A DNA stretch of 64,000 nt from positions 313,980 through 377,979 of the forward strand of contig CASGEC010000001.1 of assembly GCA_949300365.1 (NCBI GenBank), in the 5' to 3' direction. Position 1 is the stretch's first letter; every line of letters starts with the position of its first letter. The position numbers were made by a program, and so were the translations under genes. The notes beneath the pieces are model-generated. The model did no database searches, had not been told where the DNA came from, and saw nothing but the letters and a program-made list of their open reading frames with translations. Shown in pieces: positions 1-10,500 of the stretch. This stretch comes from an uncultured Bacillota bacterium. Lineage in GTDB: Bacteria; Bacillota_I; Bacilli_A; RFN20; CAG-288.

Positions 1-412
1 CGACCTTGTTGATGACGGGCAGGAGCTTGAGTCCGTTGTCGATGGCAAGGTATCCGTTTGCCAATGTCTGGGCCTGGACGCCCTGGGTGGCATCGACAAG
101 GAGGATGGCGCCTTCGCATGCCGAAAGGGAGCGGCTGACCTCATAGGTGAAGTCGACGTGCCCTGGCGTGTCGATGAGGTTGAAAAGATAGGTCACGCCG
201 TTCTTTGCCTTGTAGGTGACGTTGACGGCGTTGAGCTTGATGGTGATGCCCCTTTCGCGCTCGATGTTCATGTCGTCGAGAAGCTGCGGTTGAAGGTTCC
301 TGACCTCGACGGCGCCCGTCTTTTCGAGGATCCTGTCGCACAGGGTGCTCTTTCCATGGTCGATATGGGCGACGACGCAGAAGTTTCGGATATGGTCTTG
401 GTCGAAGTTCAT
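1..412 (-). CDS. lepA: Elongation factor 4 (LepA), N-terminal GTPase part only; gene continues past the window start
   Basis: Own translation from ATG 412..410 gives [37 protein letters not shown]...IDTPGHVDF, with G1 and G3 GTPase motifs and a LepA-type N-terminus. It is not in the ORF track because it runs off the edge. ATGA overlap with the upstream helicase stop. Confidence 0.9.
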   Translation of the reverse strand, partial: MNFDQDHIRNFCVVAHIDHGKSTLCDRILEKTGAVEVRNLQPQLLDDMNIERERGITIKLNAVNVTYKAKNGVTYLFNLIDTPGHVDFTYEVSRSLSACEGAILLVDATQGVQAQTLANGYLAIDNGLKLLPVINKV

Positions 413-2799
413 GACTTGTCCTCCCAGAATTTGCGGCACAGATCGTGGACCATCGAGGGGGAATTGGAGGATTTCCTGTCCGGGTAGAGTTCGTCGAAGA
501 CATCCTTGTAGACGTCCTGGCGATAGCGGCTGTCGATGAAGAGGATGACGCCTTTGTCCTCTTCGCTGCGGATGACCCTTCCTGCGGCCTGAAGGACGCG
601 GTTGAGTCCGGGATAGACATAGGCGTAGCGGAAGCCCTTTGCCTTGTCTTCCTCTTCCCCGTCTTCATAGTAGGCCTTGATCTGGTCTCTTTCAAAGCCG
701 ATCTGGGGAAGGCCGATGGAGATGACGACGGCACCGATAAGACGCTTGCCGACAAGGTCGATGCCCTCGGAGAAGATGCCCCCGATGACAAGCAGGCCGA
801 CGCGGTATTCCTTGTCGTCATCTTCGAAGAAGGCGAGGAACTTTTCCCTCTCCTCCTCTTGCATCCGTCGCGTCTGGACGAAGAGCTTCCACGGCATGTC
901 ACTAAGAAGCTCCTTTAGATTATAGAGGTATTCGAAGGAGGGACAGAAGACAAAATAGTTTCCTTTTTTCGTCTGGACAAGGGCCTTGATGGTTCTGGCG
1001 ATGCCATCCAGGGTTTCGCTTCTATCCCGATAGCGCAGGGAATGGGCGGTATCCACAAGGACCAGGCGGTTTTCCTTCGGGAAAGGGGAATCCATGATAA
1101 GACGGGAGGAGCGGTCATCCATGTCGCCTCCCAAGAGGTCGATGTAGTAGTCCTTCGGGGAGAGGGTTGCCGAGAAGAAGAAGCAGGCCTTGAAGTTCTC
1201 GTTTCCCTGGCGGATGAAGGGCTTGGCATCCAAACATGTGATCTTGACGGAGACGACTTTCTCCTCCTCGATCCTGGCATAGACCAGGAATTCCTTCCGG
1301 CCTTCCTCCTCGATGAGATTCCGGAGGTAGTCAAAGGAATTGAGAAGATAGAAGACCTCATAGAGCTCGTCGTTGAGAAGATGCGGGGCCTTCTTCAGAA
1401 GCGACTTGAAGCGGTCCAGGAAGGAGGAAATCGCGTTCTCGAATTCCGGTGGGAAAGCCTTGAAGACCTGGATGTCCTTTTGCGGCCTCTCGTCATCAAG
1501 GACAAAGCGAAGAAAGCTTTCCGAGAGCTTCTTGAGATCCTTCCTCAATGGCGCAAGATCCTTTCCCGGACAGAAGGTCACGCCTTCATCGATAGCGGCC
1601 TTGACGACCTCCAGGGAATACATGTCCCGCACCCTTTCGGGAAGGTTGTGGCACTCGTCCACAAGGAGGTAGGACTTCATCCGCGAAAGGGAGGAGCTTT
1701 CCAGATCCAGCCTGTCGTGGTAATCATAGACGTAGGTGTAGTCGGCGATGAGGACATCGACATAGCGGCTGAGATCGAGCTGGAACTGGAAAGGGCAGAT
1801 GCCCTTTTCCAAGCAGAAAGAGACGATTCTTTCCCTATCGATAGAATCGTAACGTCCGAGGATATCGAAGATAGAGTCCAGCAATTTATCGTAGTAATTT
1901 CTGGCAAAGGGACATTCATCGGGATTGCAATGCCCCTTCTTGTCGTTGAAGCAGATGGCCTCTTTGCTGGTGATGAGAAGGCTTTTGATCTTCGCCTTCT
2001 TCTCCACCATCTGCTTGAGGGCATTCATCGCCACGGTCTTGATGGCGTTCTTGCTCGTCAGGTAGAAGATGATATCGCACTTCTCGCTTCCGAAAAGCTT
2101 GAGGAGGGGGAAGAGGCAGGAGATGGTCTTTCCGATTCCCGTCGGCGCTTCGATATAGACGCTTTTTCCATTTAGGGCATTCTCCTCGACGAATTCCATC
2201 ATCCTTTTCTGTCCCTTGCGGAAGGAGGGATAGGGGAAGAGAAGCTTCTTTGCCGATTCGTTCCTTTCCTTTTTTCTCTCCAGGATCCTGTCCATGTAGT
2301 CGGAATACTCAAAAAGGAGGCCTTCCACATAGTTGTCCAGTTCCTTCCTGGTAAAGACTTTCTCGATCTGCTTTCTTTTCCGAAAGTCGTTCTGGCGGAT
2401 ATAGGTCAGGACGATGCGGACAGTGGAAAGTTTCCTGTCCATGGCGATGATATCGGCATAGAACATCGCCTGGCCCAGATGCCAGTCGGCATGGTCATGG
2501 GAGAACTCATCCAGGTCGGCGACCGTCGTCTTGATTTCCTCGACCGTGACGGAACCATCCGGACGGATAAAGACGCCATCCGCCTTGCCGCTGACACGGA
2601 AGCAGTACTTTCCGTGCTGGAAGACATGGGAAAGACTGTATTCGGAAAGATAGTCCGCCCCTTGTTCCGATTGATAGAGCACATGGAGCCTTGTGCCTTC
2701 CTGCATCGAGGAGAGGTTGAAGATCCTATTGTCGAGATGCCCCCTTCTCCTGAGGACATCGACGATATCGTGGACCGAGAGATCGAGCGTATATGGCAT
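409..2799 (-). CDS. DinG/XPD-family (Rad3-like) SF2 helicase with an N-terminal RecB/Cas4-like PD-(D/E)xK nuclease domain
   Basis: 796-aa ORF. N-terminal ~140 aa carries GKADGV...VTVEEIKT (D...ExK) and [11 protein letters not shown] motifs. These are followed by Walker A APTGIGKT, a Cys cluster ([16 protein letters not shown]...C, Fe-S domain), the DECH box LLVDECHNL, and C-terminal FSEGIDL and QAAGRVIR motifs. Confidence 0.85.
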   Translation of the reverse strand: MPYTLDLSVHDIVDVLRRRGHLDNRIFNLSSMQEGTRLHVLYQSEQGADYLSEYSLSHVFQHGKYCFRVSGKADGVFIRPDGSVTVEEIKTTVADLDEFSHDHADWHLGQAMFYADIIAMDRKLSTVRIVLTYIRQNDFRKRKQIEKVFTRKELDNYVEGLLFEYSDYMDRILERKKERNESAKKLLFPYPSFRKGQKRMMEFVEENALNGKSVYIEAPTGIGKTISCLFPLLKLFGSEKCDIIFYLTSKNAIKTVAMNALKQMVEKKAKIKSLLITSKEAICFNDKKGHCNPDECPFARNYYDKLLDSIFDILGRYDSIDRERIVSFCLEKGICPFQFQLDLSRYVDVLIADYTYVYDYHDRLDLESSSLSRMKSYLLVDECHNLPERVRDMYSLEVVKAAIDEGVTFCPGKDLAPLRKDLKKLSESFLRFVLDDERPQKDIQVFKAFPPEFENAISSFLDRFKSLLKKAPHLLNDELYEVFYLLNSFDYLRNLIEEEGRKEFLVYARIEEEKVVSVKITCLDAKPFIRQGNENFKACFFFSATLSPKDYYIDLLGGDMDDRSSRLIMDSPFPKENRLVLVDTAHSLRYRDRSETLDGIARTIKALVQTKKGNYFVFCPSFEYLYNLKELLSDMPWKLFVQTRRMQEEEREKFLAFFEDDDKEYRVGLLVIGGIFSEGIDLVGKRLIGAVVISIGLPQIGFERDQIKAYYEDGEEEDKAKGFRYAYVYPGLNRVLQAAGRVIRSEEDKGVILFIDSRYRQDVYKDVFDELYPDRKSSNSPSMVHDLCRKFWEDKS

Positions 2800-2809
2800 A
2801 ACTACTATT

Positions 2810-4066
2810 TTATTCCAAACTTTCCCCCCAAGGAATGGACAAGTTCCTTTTCAGCCTCCTTAGCATGACAAGGGCGAGCGCCTTCCTTTCCTTGTCTTTT
2901 TGGACTTCCCTTTTCAGGCGCGTGTTGATGGCCTTTGCCTTTCCCAGTCTCTCCAGATGGGAGAGGGTCTTTTTGGCCTGGGAAATTCTTCTTTTGTGCC
3001 TTAGGGCAAAAAGGATTGCCCTCTTGTCCATGGCCTTGATGGCCTTGAGGAGATAGCTATCCGACAGAAGGCCGTTTCTCCTTTTGGCATAGGCAAGGCT
3101 CAAGGGGAAAAGAAGGGAATCCTCCGTTTCACTAAGCCTTCTTAGGGCAAGGAAGCCGCGCTTTCTCTCCTCCGCCCTTTCGCTTTCCGCTTCCAAGGTT
3201 GCAAGTAAAGGTATCGCCTTCCTTTCGCCAAGGTCCAGAGCCCTTCTGTAAAAGAGCTTCGCTTCTTCCTTACTTCCTTCCCGTTGTTTCAGCCTTCCCA
3301 AAAGAAGGAGGGATTGGGGATTGTGCTTGTCCTGAAGAAGATAGGAAATCGCCTTCTTCCTGTCCTTTTCGACCCCTTTCCCTTCCAGGTGGATCCGGCC
3401 CAGATGATAGAGGATATCCTTCCTTCCTTCTTTTTTGGCCTTCTCAAGAAGAAGGATGGCCTTTGGAATATCCCTTTCCTTTTTCGGACCGAAAAGAAGG
3501 ATGTCCAGAAGCTGTGGAAGGTATTTTTTCACTCCGAGGGAAAGAAGGATCTCCAGGCATTCCCTCTCTTTGTCCTTCCTCTTAAGGAAACGGTAGTGCA
3601 AAGTAAGGCACTCCAATGTCGGAATATCCTGTGTCTTGAAGTCCACGGAGATCTTTCGGCGTAGGTCCTTGGGAACGCCTGAAAAGGAGAGAAGGCGAAC
3701 GCCAGCCTTTTGAAACCCGCCTTCATGGGACAGACGAAGGAAGTGATAGGCCTTCTTAAGATCCTTGGAAAACGGAGCAAGGCCAAGACGCAGGCACTCT
3801 CCCAAAAGAAAGGAAGCGAAGGCATTGCCATGCTTTGCCGCAAGAAGAAGGAAGATGGCATAGTCCCAAGGAAGGCTTTCCCCTTGCTGGAGATAGAAAA
3901 GGGAAAGAAGGCATTTGTCCTTCTCCGTCTTTTCTCCTTCGGGCAAGGAAAGAAGCTCGGCCATGATGGAAAGGCGCTCGATCGAAGAAAGGGAGACATC
4001 CGTCGGGTCTTCCAAAAGACGAAGCCTTTCCAGAAGATCGTCCTGCTGTTCAAACCGAGTCCTCAT
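2810..4066 (-). CDS. Sel1/TPR-like repeat protein (function unknown)
   Basis: ORF 2810..4123 opens at a TTG. I prefer ATG 4066 (MRTRFEQ...). Repeated Sel1-like units are present, e.g. AAKHGNAFASFLLGECLRLGLAPFSKDLKKAYHFLRLSHEGG. Only 10 nt separate it from the downstream helicase gene, so co-transcription is likely. Start codon is uncertain. Confidence 0.6.
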   Translation of the reverse strand: MRTRFEQQDDLLERLRLLEDPTDVSLSSIERLSIMAELLSLPEGEKTEKDKCLLSLFYLQQGESLPWDYAIFLLLAAKHGNAFASFLLGECLRLGLAPFSKDLKKAYHFLRLSHEGGFQKAGVRLLSFSGVPKDLRRKISVDFKTQDIPTLECLTLHYRFLKRKDKERECLEILLSLGVKKYLPQLLDILLFGPKKERDIPKAILLLEKAKKEGRKDILYHLGRIHLEGKGVEKDRKKAISYLLQDKHNPQSLLLLGRLKQREGSKEEAKLFYRRALDLGERKAIPLLATLEAESERAEERKRGFLALRRLSETEDSLLFPLSLAYAKRRNGLLSDSYLLKAIKAMDKRAILFALRHKRRISQAKKTLSHLERLGKAKAINTRLKREVQKDKERKALALVMLRRLKRNLSIPWGESLE

Positions 4067-4152
4067 ACCCCGAGCGTAGCAGATTAAGGCAGGAAAGCCT
4101 AGCAGAAATTCAAAAAGCGTCAAAAACGAAAATTCCCTGACTGCAAAAATCC

Positions 4153-4181
4153 TTGCATCCTTATGGAGGCTTTGATAGAAT
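4153..4181 (+). promoter_or_regulatory. Sigma-70-type promoter for tRNA-Phe (TTGCAT-N17-TAGAAT)
   Basis: TTGCAT at 4153-4158, a 17-nt spacer, then TAGAAT at 4176-4181. It lies ~20 nt upstream of the mature tRNA 5-prime end. Confidence 0.6.
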
Positions 4182-4202
4182 TATAAGGCTGTCACCGATA
4201 AT

Positions 4203-4278
4203 GGCCCGATAGCTCAGCTGGCAGAGCACAGCACTGAAAATGCTGGTGTCGGCAGTTCGACCCTGCCTTGGGCCACCA
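4203..4278 (+). tRNA. tRNA-Phe (anticodon GAA), CCA encoded
   Basis: Hand-folded cloverleaf: acceptor GGCCCGA/TTGGGCC, D stem GCTC/GAGC, anticodon stem CAGCA/TGCTG with loop CTGAAAA, T stem GGCAG/CTGCC with loop TTCGACC, discriminator A plus CCA. Confidence 0.93.
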
Positions 4279-4291
4279 CCAAGTTACTATC

Positions 4292-4333
4292 CGAACCCTG
4301 TACGCATGACGTATGGGGTTCGTTTTGTTTTGC
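4292..4333 (+). terminator. Rho-independent terminator after tRNA-Phe
   Basis: CGAACCC...GGGGTTCG hairpin followed by TTTTGTTTTG. Confidence 0.65.
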
Positions 4334-4767
4334 CGGAATTTCAAGGTCTTGGATGAACACGAAAGAAAAAGACTTTTCCAAATAAGCGAAAGGAAACAAG
4401 GACAATAGCGCAAGTATTTGGGGGGCCAACAAGCTTTTTGTGGGTGCTGGTTTTTCGGTGTAACTCACTATGACATAGCCCCTTGTACCCGGGAGAACGC
4501 CTAGAGATCATTAGAATTATTCTCAGAACTGAGGTAAATGTTAAGGCTAAACTGGAATCCTTCGTCTTGCTTTGGCAAGACTAGTTGAAAAATAGATTCA
4601 GTGCGGAAGACAAACCCATGGCTTTTTCCAAGGAAGACACCTTAAAAGAAGCCGGAGCGGAATGTGAGTTTTGCCAGCATAATCACGTCGGCCAAGGACG
4701 AGAAAAAGATATATGAAGGAACATCATTGTTAGAGAACACGCAAGGAAAAAAAACACCATTCCTAGA

Positions 4768-5600
4768 TTATTGAAAGGCGAAAAAACACCAAACCGCGAT
4801 TAACGGCATTGGTTTAGCGTATATGAAAGCAATAAGGCATTTAATATAAAGGCTCGACTTCAATTCGACAAATACGGAATCTTCCTCTTTATGAGAAGTC
4901 AAGCGAAACATCTGTTTGGGAACACTATGCTTGTCGATAAGAGCAGTGAGTCTTTCAATCGGATTCTTGGAATTTTCTATTTCCTTCGGTGTTTGGTCGC
5001 CCGTGTTTCCGAAGAACAATTTTCCTTCTATTCCGTGCATAAAGACCTAGACCGTACAATTCCTTCCAACATGAGGGAACCTCCTTAAACCATTCTCAAT
5101 AGGAGGATTTGAGGAATTTGATGAGGATTTGGGAAATAAGAGGAATAATTTGGGAAACTGAAATCCTCGAATGCTCTGAATGGCGATGAATTTCGTCAAG
5201 TCCCCAGAATTTCGAAAATCTTTGGAAGATACCGTCATTTCAAAGCAAAATACTTTTCAGTATCTCGTGACCGATGGCATCTCCTATCTGCCTCTCAAAG
5301 TATACGTATGCAGAGGAGCACAAAGTATAGAGCTTTTTTTAGAAACGGATGGCAATTGCCACCTCTTTCCAAAAAGAGAGGAAGTTGTCTTTATTGCCAG
5401 AGGAAAAATCGCTTGAAGGTCCGTACGTGTTTCGTCTTTACCGTTCCCGTGGAATTGTGGGATTCGCACTATTTCCGTAAGCTATCCGACTGGCTAATAC
5501 TGGCATTGATTTGGAAAATGACCACCCCAATATGGCTTGCCTTAGGTACACCAATTTCGTACCCAACAAGTCCAATCCCGGATTGACAACAAGAATTTTG
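4768..5600 (-). mobile_element. Degraded IS256/Mutator-family transposase remnant (multiple frames, 5-prime truncated)
   Basis: Three colinear minus-strand fragments resemble IS256 transposase blocks as I remember them. LGTKLVYLRQAILGW corresponds to the G.REIIGF block. DLQAIFPLA...KRWQL corresponds to the SAIRKSF...WQRCQVH block. NSKNPIERLTALIDK corresponds to KSTNLIERLNQEV. The fragments lie in different frames with stops. The region is visibly AT-richer than its flanks. Confidence 0.45.
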
Positions 5601-5668
5601 GTCTAAAGAATGCTATTCCAGACTCTGTCGGAATCCATCGCATTGCCCATTATTGGGAAAGACAGGAC

Positions 5669-6922
5669 TCAAAGAGGATTTTCCTTGTTGTCGACTGCCT
5701 TTTCCCTTTCCTTTCGGGCTTGGATGGAAGAGGCGATGTAAAGAGGAATGGAAAGAGCCTGGACACAGATGGAGACGATTACCATCGCCAGGATGGAAGC
5801 ATCATAGAGAACACCCAAAAGCCAGCTTCCGAGGAACCAGAAGATACCGAAGGAAAACTCGAAGATGCCATAGCCCGTCGCACGGAAATCCTTGGGAACC
5901 ATCGTTGCCACCACGGCCTTGAGGATCGATTCCTGGGCACCCATGCCGATACCCCACATGCCTACCCCGAGGAAAAGCAGGGGAAGGGAATCGAATTCGA
6001 AGATGAAGAGGGAGAAAAGGAAGGAACCGAGCGTGGCAAGGACCAAGGAGAGCATGCCAAAGCGATCGAAGAGCTTTCCGAAAAGAATGGCGGCAAAGGC
6101 ATCGATGATCATGGCGCCCGAATAGACAAGAGGGAGCGTCTCGGCCGTGATCACCTGACTTCCCCCTTCCACGAATACCTTTCCGATATGCATGCTCACA
6201 AGGGAGTAGTCGATGAAGCCGAAGGCAAAGGCGCTGATGGCGATGATGTAGAGAATGAAGCTCGGCTTCATGTGGAACTTCTCCATCTTCTTGGGCTCCG
6301 GTTCGAACTTGTCGGGATTGGGGAACTTATGCTTGGTGAAGAAGAGCATCACGATCGTTGCCACGGCCGGAATCAGAAGGAAAAGGAAGGCGATGGCATA
6401 GTTGTGGAAGGTATCGCCATCGGTCCGGAAAAGCATGACAAGATAAAGGAACAAAGGCCCCAAAAAGGCTCCGATCTGATCCAGCATCTCTTGGATACCG
6501 AAACTCCTTCCTGCCTGTTTCTGTGTCGCGGCAAAGGACAGGATAGTATCCTTTGCCGGCTTCTTGATAGCCTTTCCGACTCTTTGGACAGCAAGAAGGA
6601 TGCAGGCAAAAACCCATCCATTAGGCCCGACGAAGGCAAGAAGGGGAACGGCCAGGATGTCGATAAGGTAACCTAGAATGACCATCGGCCAATACTTCCT
6701 TGTCTTGTCTGTGATCCGCCCGAAGACATAACGGAGCGAATAGCCAAGAAGCTCCGCGAATCCGGAAATGAAACCGATGACACCAGCCGATGCTCCTATC
6801 AACGAGAGATAGGCACCTTGGATACTTGCCGCACCTTCGTGTGTCATATCGGAAAGAAGGCTGACGACACCGAAAAGCAAAAGAAATACCATCGCCTGAG
6901 AGAGACGCTTACTTTTTGCCAT
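5669..6922 (-). CDS. MFS-family transporter
   Basis: ORF 5669..7081. I prefer ATG 6922 (MAKSKRLSQAMVFLLLFGVVSLL...), 1 nt after the MarR stop. About 12 hydrophobic segments are present, and the sequence looks like a typical MFS protein. Confidence 0.8.
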   Translation of the reverse strand: MAKSKRLSQAMVFLLLFGVVSLLSDMTHEGAASIQGAYLSLIGASAGVIGFISGFAELLGYSLRYVFGRITDKTRKYWPMVILGYLIDILAVPLLAFVGPNGWVFACILLAVQRVGKAIKKPAKDTILSFAATQKQAGRSFGIQEMLDQIGAFLGPLFLYLVMLFRTDGDTFHNYAIAFLFLLIPAVATIVMLFFTKHKFPNPDKFEPEPKKMEKFHMKPSFILYIIAISAFAFGFIDYSLVSMHIGKVFVEGGSQVITAETLPLVYSGAMIIDAFAAILFGKLFDRFGMLSLVLATLGSFLFSLFIFEFDSLPLLFLGVGMWGIGMGAQESILKAVVATMVPKDFRATGYGIFEFSFGIFWFLGSWLLGVLYDASILAMVIVSICVQALSIPLYIASSIQARKEREKAVDNKENPL

Positions 6923-6923
6923 G

Positions 6924-7484
6924 CTATTCCCCTTCCCCAATCCGCGCACGGACATGGACGAATCCGGATTTGCTTTCTTCCTTCGAACGGCAATAGACCT
7001 TGTCAAGAAGGAAGCAGAAGGTCTCTGTTTCCTCAGCACTGAGGGCTTCCAGGATATATTCATAGTAGGCCGTTTCGACATGCCTCTTGGAAATCTTCAG
7101 TTCCTCGGCCTTCTTTGTGGGATAGATCAAGGACGCTCTCCCGTCTTTGGGATTGATGTCCTTTTTCAGATAGCCTTTCTTGCTAAGGCTAGCGACTTGT
7201 CTTGCGACGGCGGCCTTGTCGGTTCCGAGAATGCGGCAGATATGCGCCTGGGAAATACCATCGTGCTTGCGGACGACGTGAATCAGATCGAATTCCGACG
7301 TTCCGATTCCATCCTGCCGCAAAGTCTTGATGGCGAGCTTGTTCACTTCCCTTGCGATCTTCGTGATCTGTGCATGCGAAGGATCCACTGGAATGCCTCC
7401 TTGACGCTTGTGTCCGATAAGTTGATATATCAACGGATGAAGATAATATGACGAACCGTCAAGAAAGGAAAGAGGGATTTTCAA
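6924..7484 (-). CDS. MarR-family transcriptional regulator
   Basis: wHTH core ISQAHICRILGTDKAAVARQVASLSKKGYLKKDINPKDGRASLIYPT. It sits directly upstream of the MFS gene, the classic MarR-efflux pair. The ORF opens with TTG, so the true start is uncertain. Confidence 0.8.
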   Translation of the reverse strand: MKIPLSFLDGSSYYLHPLIYQLIGHKRQGGIPVDPSHAQITKIAREVNKLAIKTLRQDGIGTSEFDLIHVVRKHDGISQAHICRILGTDKAAVARQVASLSKKGYLKKDINPKDGRASLIYPTKKAEELKISKRHVETAYYEYILEALSAEETETFCFLLDKVYCRSKEESKSGFVHVRARIGEGE

Positions 7485-7574
7485 GGCATGCTGTGGGGAC
7501 GAAAAGCCAATTTAGCACTTAAGAATGCCTTTCCCTTTCAGTCTAAAAATCAAATATCGTGTCAGAAAATCGGT

Positions 7575-7580
7575 TATAAT
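7575..7580 (+). promoter_or_regulatory. Perfect -10 box TATAAT 9 nt upstream of the helicase ATG (near-leaderless arrangement)
   Basis: TATAAT at 7575-7580, then atttttcgt, then ATG at 7590. No Shine-Dalgarno and no good -35. Confidence 0.4.
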
Positions 7581-7589
7581 ATTTTTCGT

Positions 7590-10500
7590 ATGCAACTGTT
7601 TGGCTCTCGCTTCAAGAATGATGACGAACAATTCCTGAAGATGAAAGATTTCTATACCGCAATTGGCAAACTTTTGGAGAAGGATGAGTTCATTTCACGA
7701 AAGCACTATTCGTTTTTGGTTAATGATGCAAAAGAAACGTATGATACCTTTACCATCCTGAAGAGCACTGGTACCCTGGGGCATTGGTGCAAAGAGAAAA
7801 AATGCAGTCAAAAGGATCTGGAAACCTATCTTTTCGCTTATCAAAATGTTTCTGACAGCATTGAAAAGCACAATGATATGTTCGTCAATCGGCATCTTAA
7901 GGTGGACAAGGAATATTTGGATGGAATCCTTGCTTTGGATGACCCCAAGATACTCCTTGATGAGGATCAAAGGAAGGTCGTTTTAAATGACGAGGACTAT
8001 ACGCTTGTAATTGCTGGAGCCGGTGCTGGCAAGACAACCACCCTGGAGGCAAAGGCAAAATATCTGGTCGAGAAAAAGAAAGTAAGGCCTGAAAGAATCC
8101 TTATCGTATCCTTCACAAAGAAGGCAACCCAAGAATTGAAGGACCGATTCAAGAAAATCGGAATCCCTGCCGTCATCGCTACCTTTCACTCGATTGGTAA
8201 CACGATCATCAAGGGTGCTGAAGGAAAGCATAGCGTCAAGGGGCCGGGCTTTATGTTCGATACCCTTCGAAATTACCTGATTTCCAAGCTGGAAGACGAG
8301 GGCTTTATCAAGAAAATCATGCTCTTTTTCGCATCGTATTTAGACATACCTTTCAATAGCCATAAGTCATTGGAAATCTATAAAAGGGTCTTGGCCGATT
8401 CCGATTTCACAACACTGAGAAGTGACTTGGATGATTTCAAGGAGAATCTTACAAAAAAGAAGATCACTATTCGTTCGGAAAGGGTTCGATCGATTCAGGA
8501 ATGCCAAATTGCCAATTTTTTCTTTATCAATGGAATCGATTATGAATATGAGCCCATTTATCCCTATTGCATCCCTGGAACATCCAAGCCATACACCCCG
8601 GATTTCCGGATTTGGCAAGGAAACAGGGAAGCCTATCTTGAACACTTTGGAATCGATGAGAACGGAAATAATTGGCGCTTTTCGCCTCAGGAACTGGCCG
8701 ATTATAGAAAGCATATAAAGGACAAGGGAATTCTTCATCGCAAGCATGGCACCACGCTGCTTTCAACATATTCGGCCTATAACGATGGAAGAAGCCTCAT
8801 CAGTCACTTGAAGGATGTCCTGCTGAAAAACGGGTTCACCCTTAACGCAAAGGAAGACAAAGCTATTTACAAGGAAATCGCCCAACGTGCTGAAGATAGG
8901 TATTTCACGAAACTGATTCAGCTCCTATGTACCTTTATCAATCGGTTCAAAACTAACAATTACAAATTCGAGAAATTCACGGAATTCATGTCTATTGCCC
9001 GTGAAAACAAGGACGAAAGAACCTATCTCTTTTTGGAAATCGCCCAGCAATGCTATCGGAACTACAGCAACGCTCTTGCCGAGAACAATGCCATCGACTT
9101 TGAAGACATGATCAACAACGCCGCGGATATCTTGGATGAAAAGATCCGAAGAAACGAGAAGCTCCCTTACGACTATATTTTCATCGATGAGTATCAGGAT
9201 ATCTCCACACAGCGTTTCAATCTCGCGGAGAAACTATCGAAATGCTCGAATGCCAAGATTGTTGCCGTTGGCGATGACTGGCAGTCTATTTTCCGCTTCT
9301 CAGGGGCCGATATCACCTTGTTTACGGATTTCGAAAAGAAAATGGGCTATGGAAAAATCCTCTATCTAAGGAATACGCACCGCAATTCCCAGGAATTGAT
9401 TGACATAGCGGGATCGTTCATCATGAAGAACGAATTGCAGAAGAAGAAATCCCTGTTTTCCGCAACGCATCTCGAGGATCCCGTCATCATCATGAGCTAT
9501 GACGATTCTTATGCTTCCAAGAAGGATATTTCCTTGGACAAGACAATATCGCCCTATTATCGGATGGGGAAGGCAATTGAACGTGCCCTCGAAGACATTC
9601 GGTCCCATTTCAAGGACTCGGATGTGCTTCTGCTCGGTCGCTACAATTTTGATGGGAGAAACCTGAACCAGCTTTCGGACATGTTCCTCTGCACAAGCGA
9701 CAATCGAGTTCGTTCCAAAAGGTTTCCCGATATGCATATTCGCTTCATGACAGCACACGCCTCCAAGGGGTTGGGCGCAGGAAATGTCATCGTTATCAAC
9801 GGCAAGGACGATGTCCTTGGCTTTCCATCCAAGATTGAAGATGACCCTGTCATGAAACTTGTCTTGAAAGATGCCAAGGAAATCGAGTATGCAGAAGAGA
9901 GACGACTTTTCTATGTCGCCTTGACTCGAACCCGGAACCGCGTCTACATCATCACGCCCAAAAACAAGCCTTCCCAATTCATCCAGGAATTGAAGGAGGG
10001 GCATACGAATATTGTCCTCAATGGTCCGGAGCTTTCCGGAAGGACCATGAATGACTTCCGGTATAAATGCCCCTACTGTGGTTACCCGCTTCAAGTAAAG
10101 AAAAGGAAAATGAGAGGGAAGGACGAGCTGATGACGACGCTTTACGTGTGCTCAAACGACCCAGAAGTCTGTGGCTTTGTCACCAACGATCTCTCCGGTG
10201 GAAAGATGTATATCCAGAAGTGCCCGGATTGTGAGGACGGATACCTTATTGTCAAGAAAATCAAGGAAAAAGGTAAGGATACTGGCCGGAGGATTCTTGG
10301 GTGTACCAATTACAAAGTGGACGACACGGGCTGCAACTATATCATCGATCAAGACCATTTCGCCGAAACCTGGGAAAGAACGGCCAGGACAAAGGCCAAT
10401 TATAGCCAACGTGGGAAGAAGCTTCCCTTGGAACGGTGTGTCCTTGCCGGGTATCCGATAATGGATTTTCTTAAGATCATCAAATATGTCACAAGCAAGC

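Noticed and set aside
4619-4717. 32-codon ORF MAFSKEDTLKEAGAECEFCQHNHVGQGREKDI, which looks like an HNH-like start.
   Set aside because: It is too short, has no SD, and lies in decayed DNA next to the IS remnant. It is probably a gene fragment at most.
5100-5160. Run of GAGGA(A)TTTG-like units (aggaggatttgaggaatttgatgaggatttggg...).
   Set aside because: The units are irregular in period and short. They lie inside the decayed IS-like region. This is not a CRISPR or a regular tandem repeat, so I treat it as low-complexity debris.
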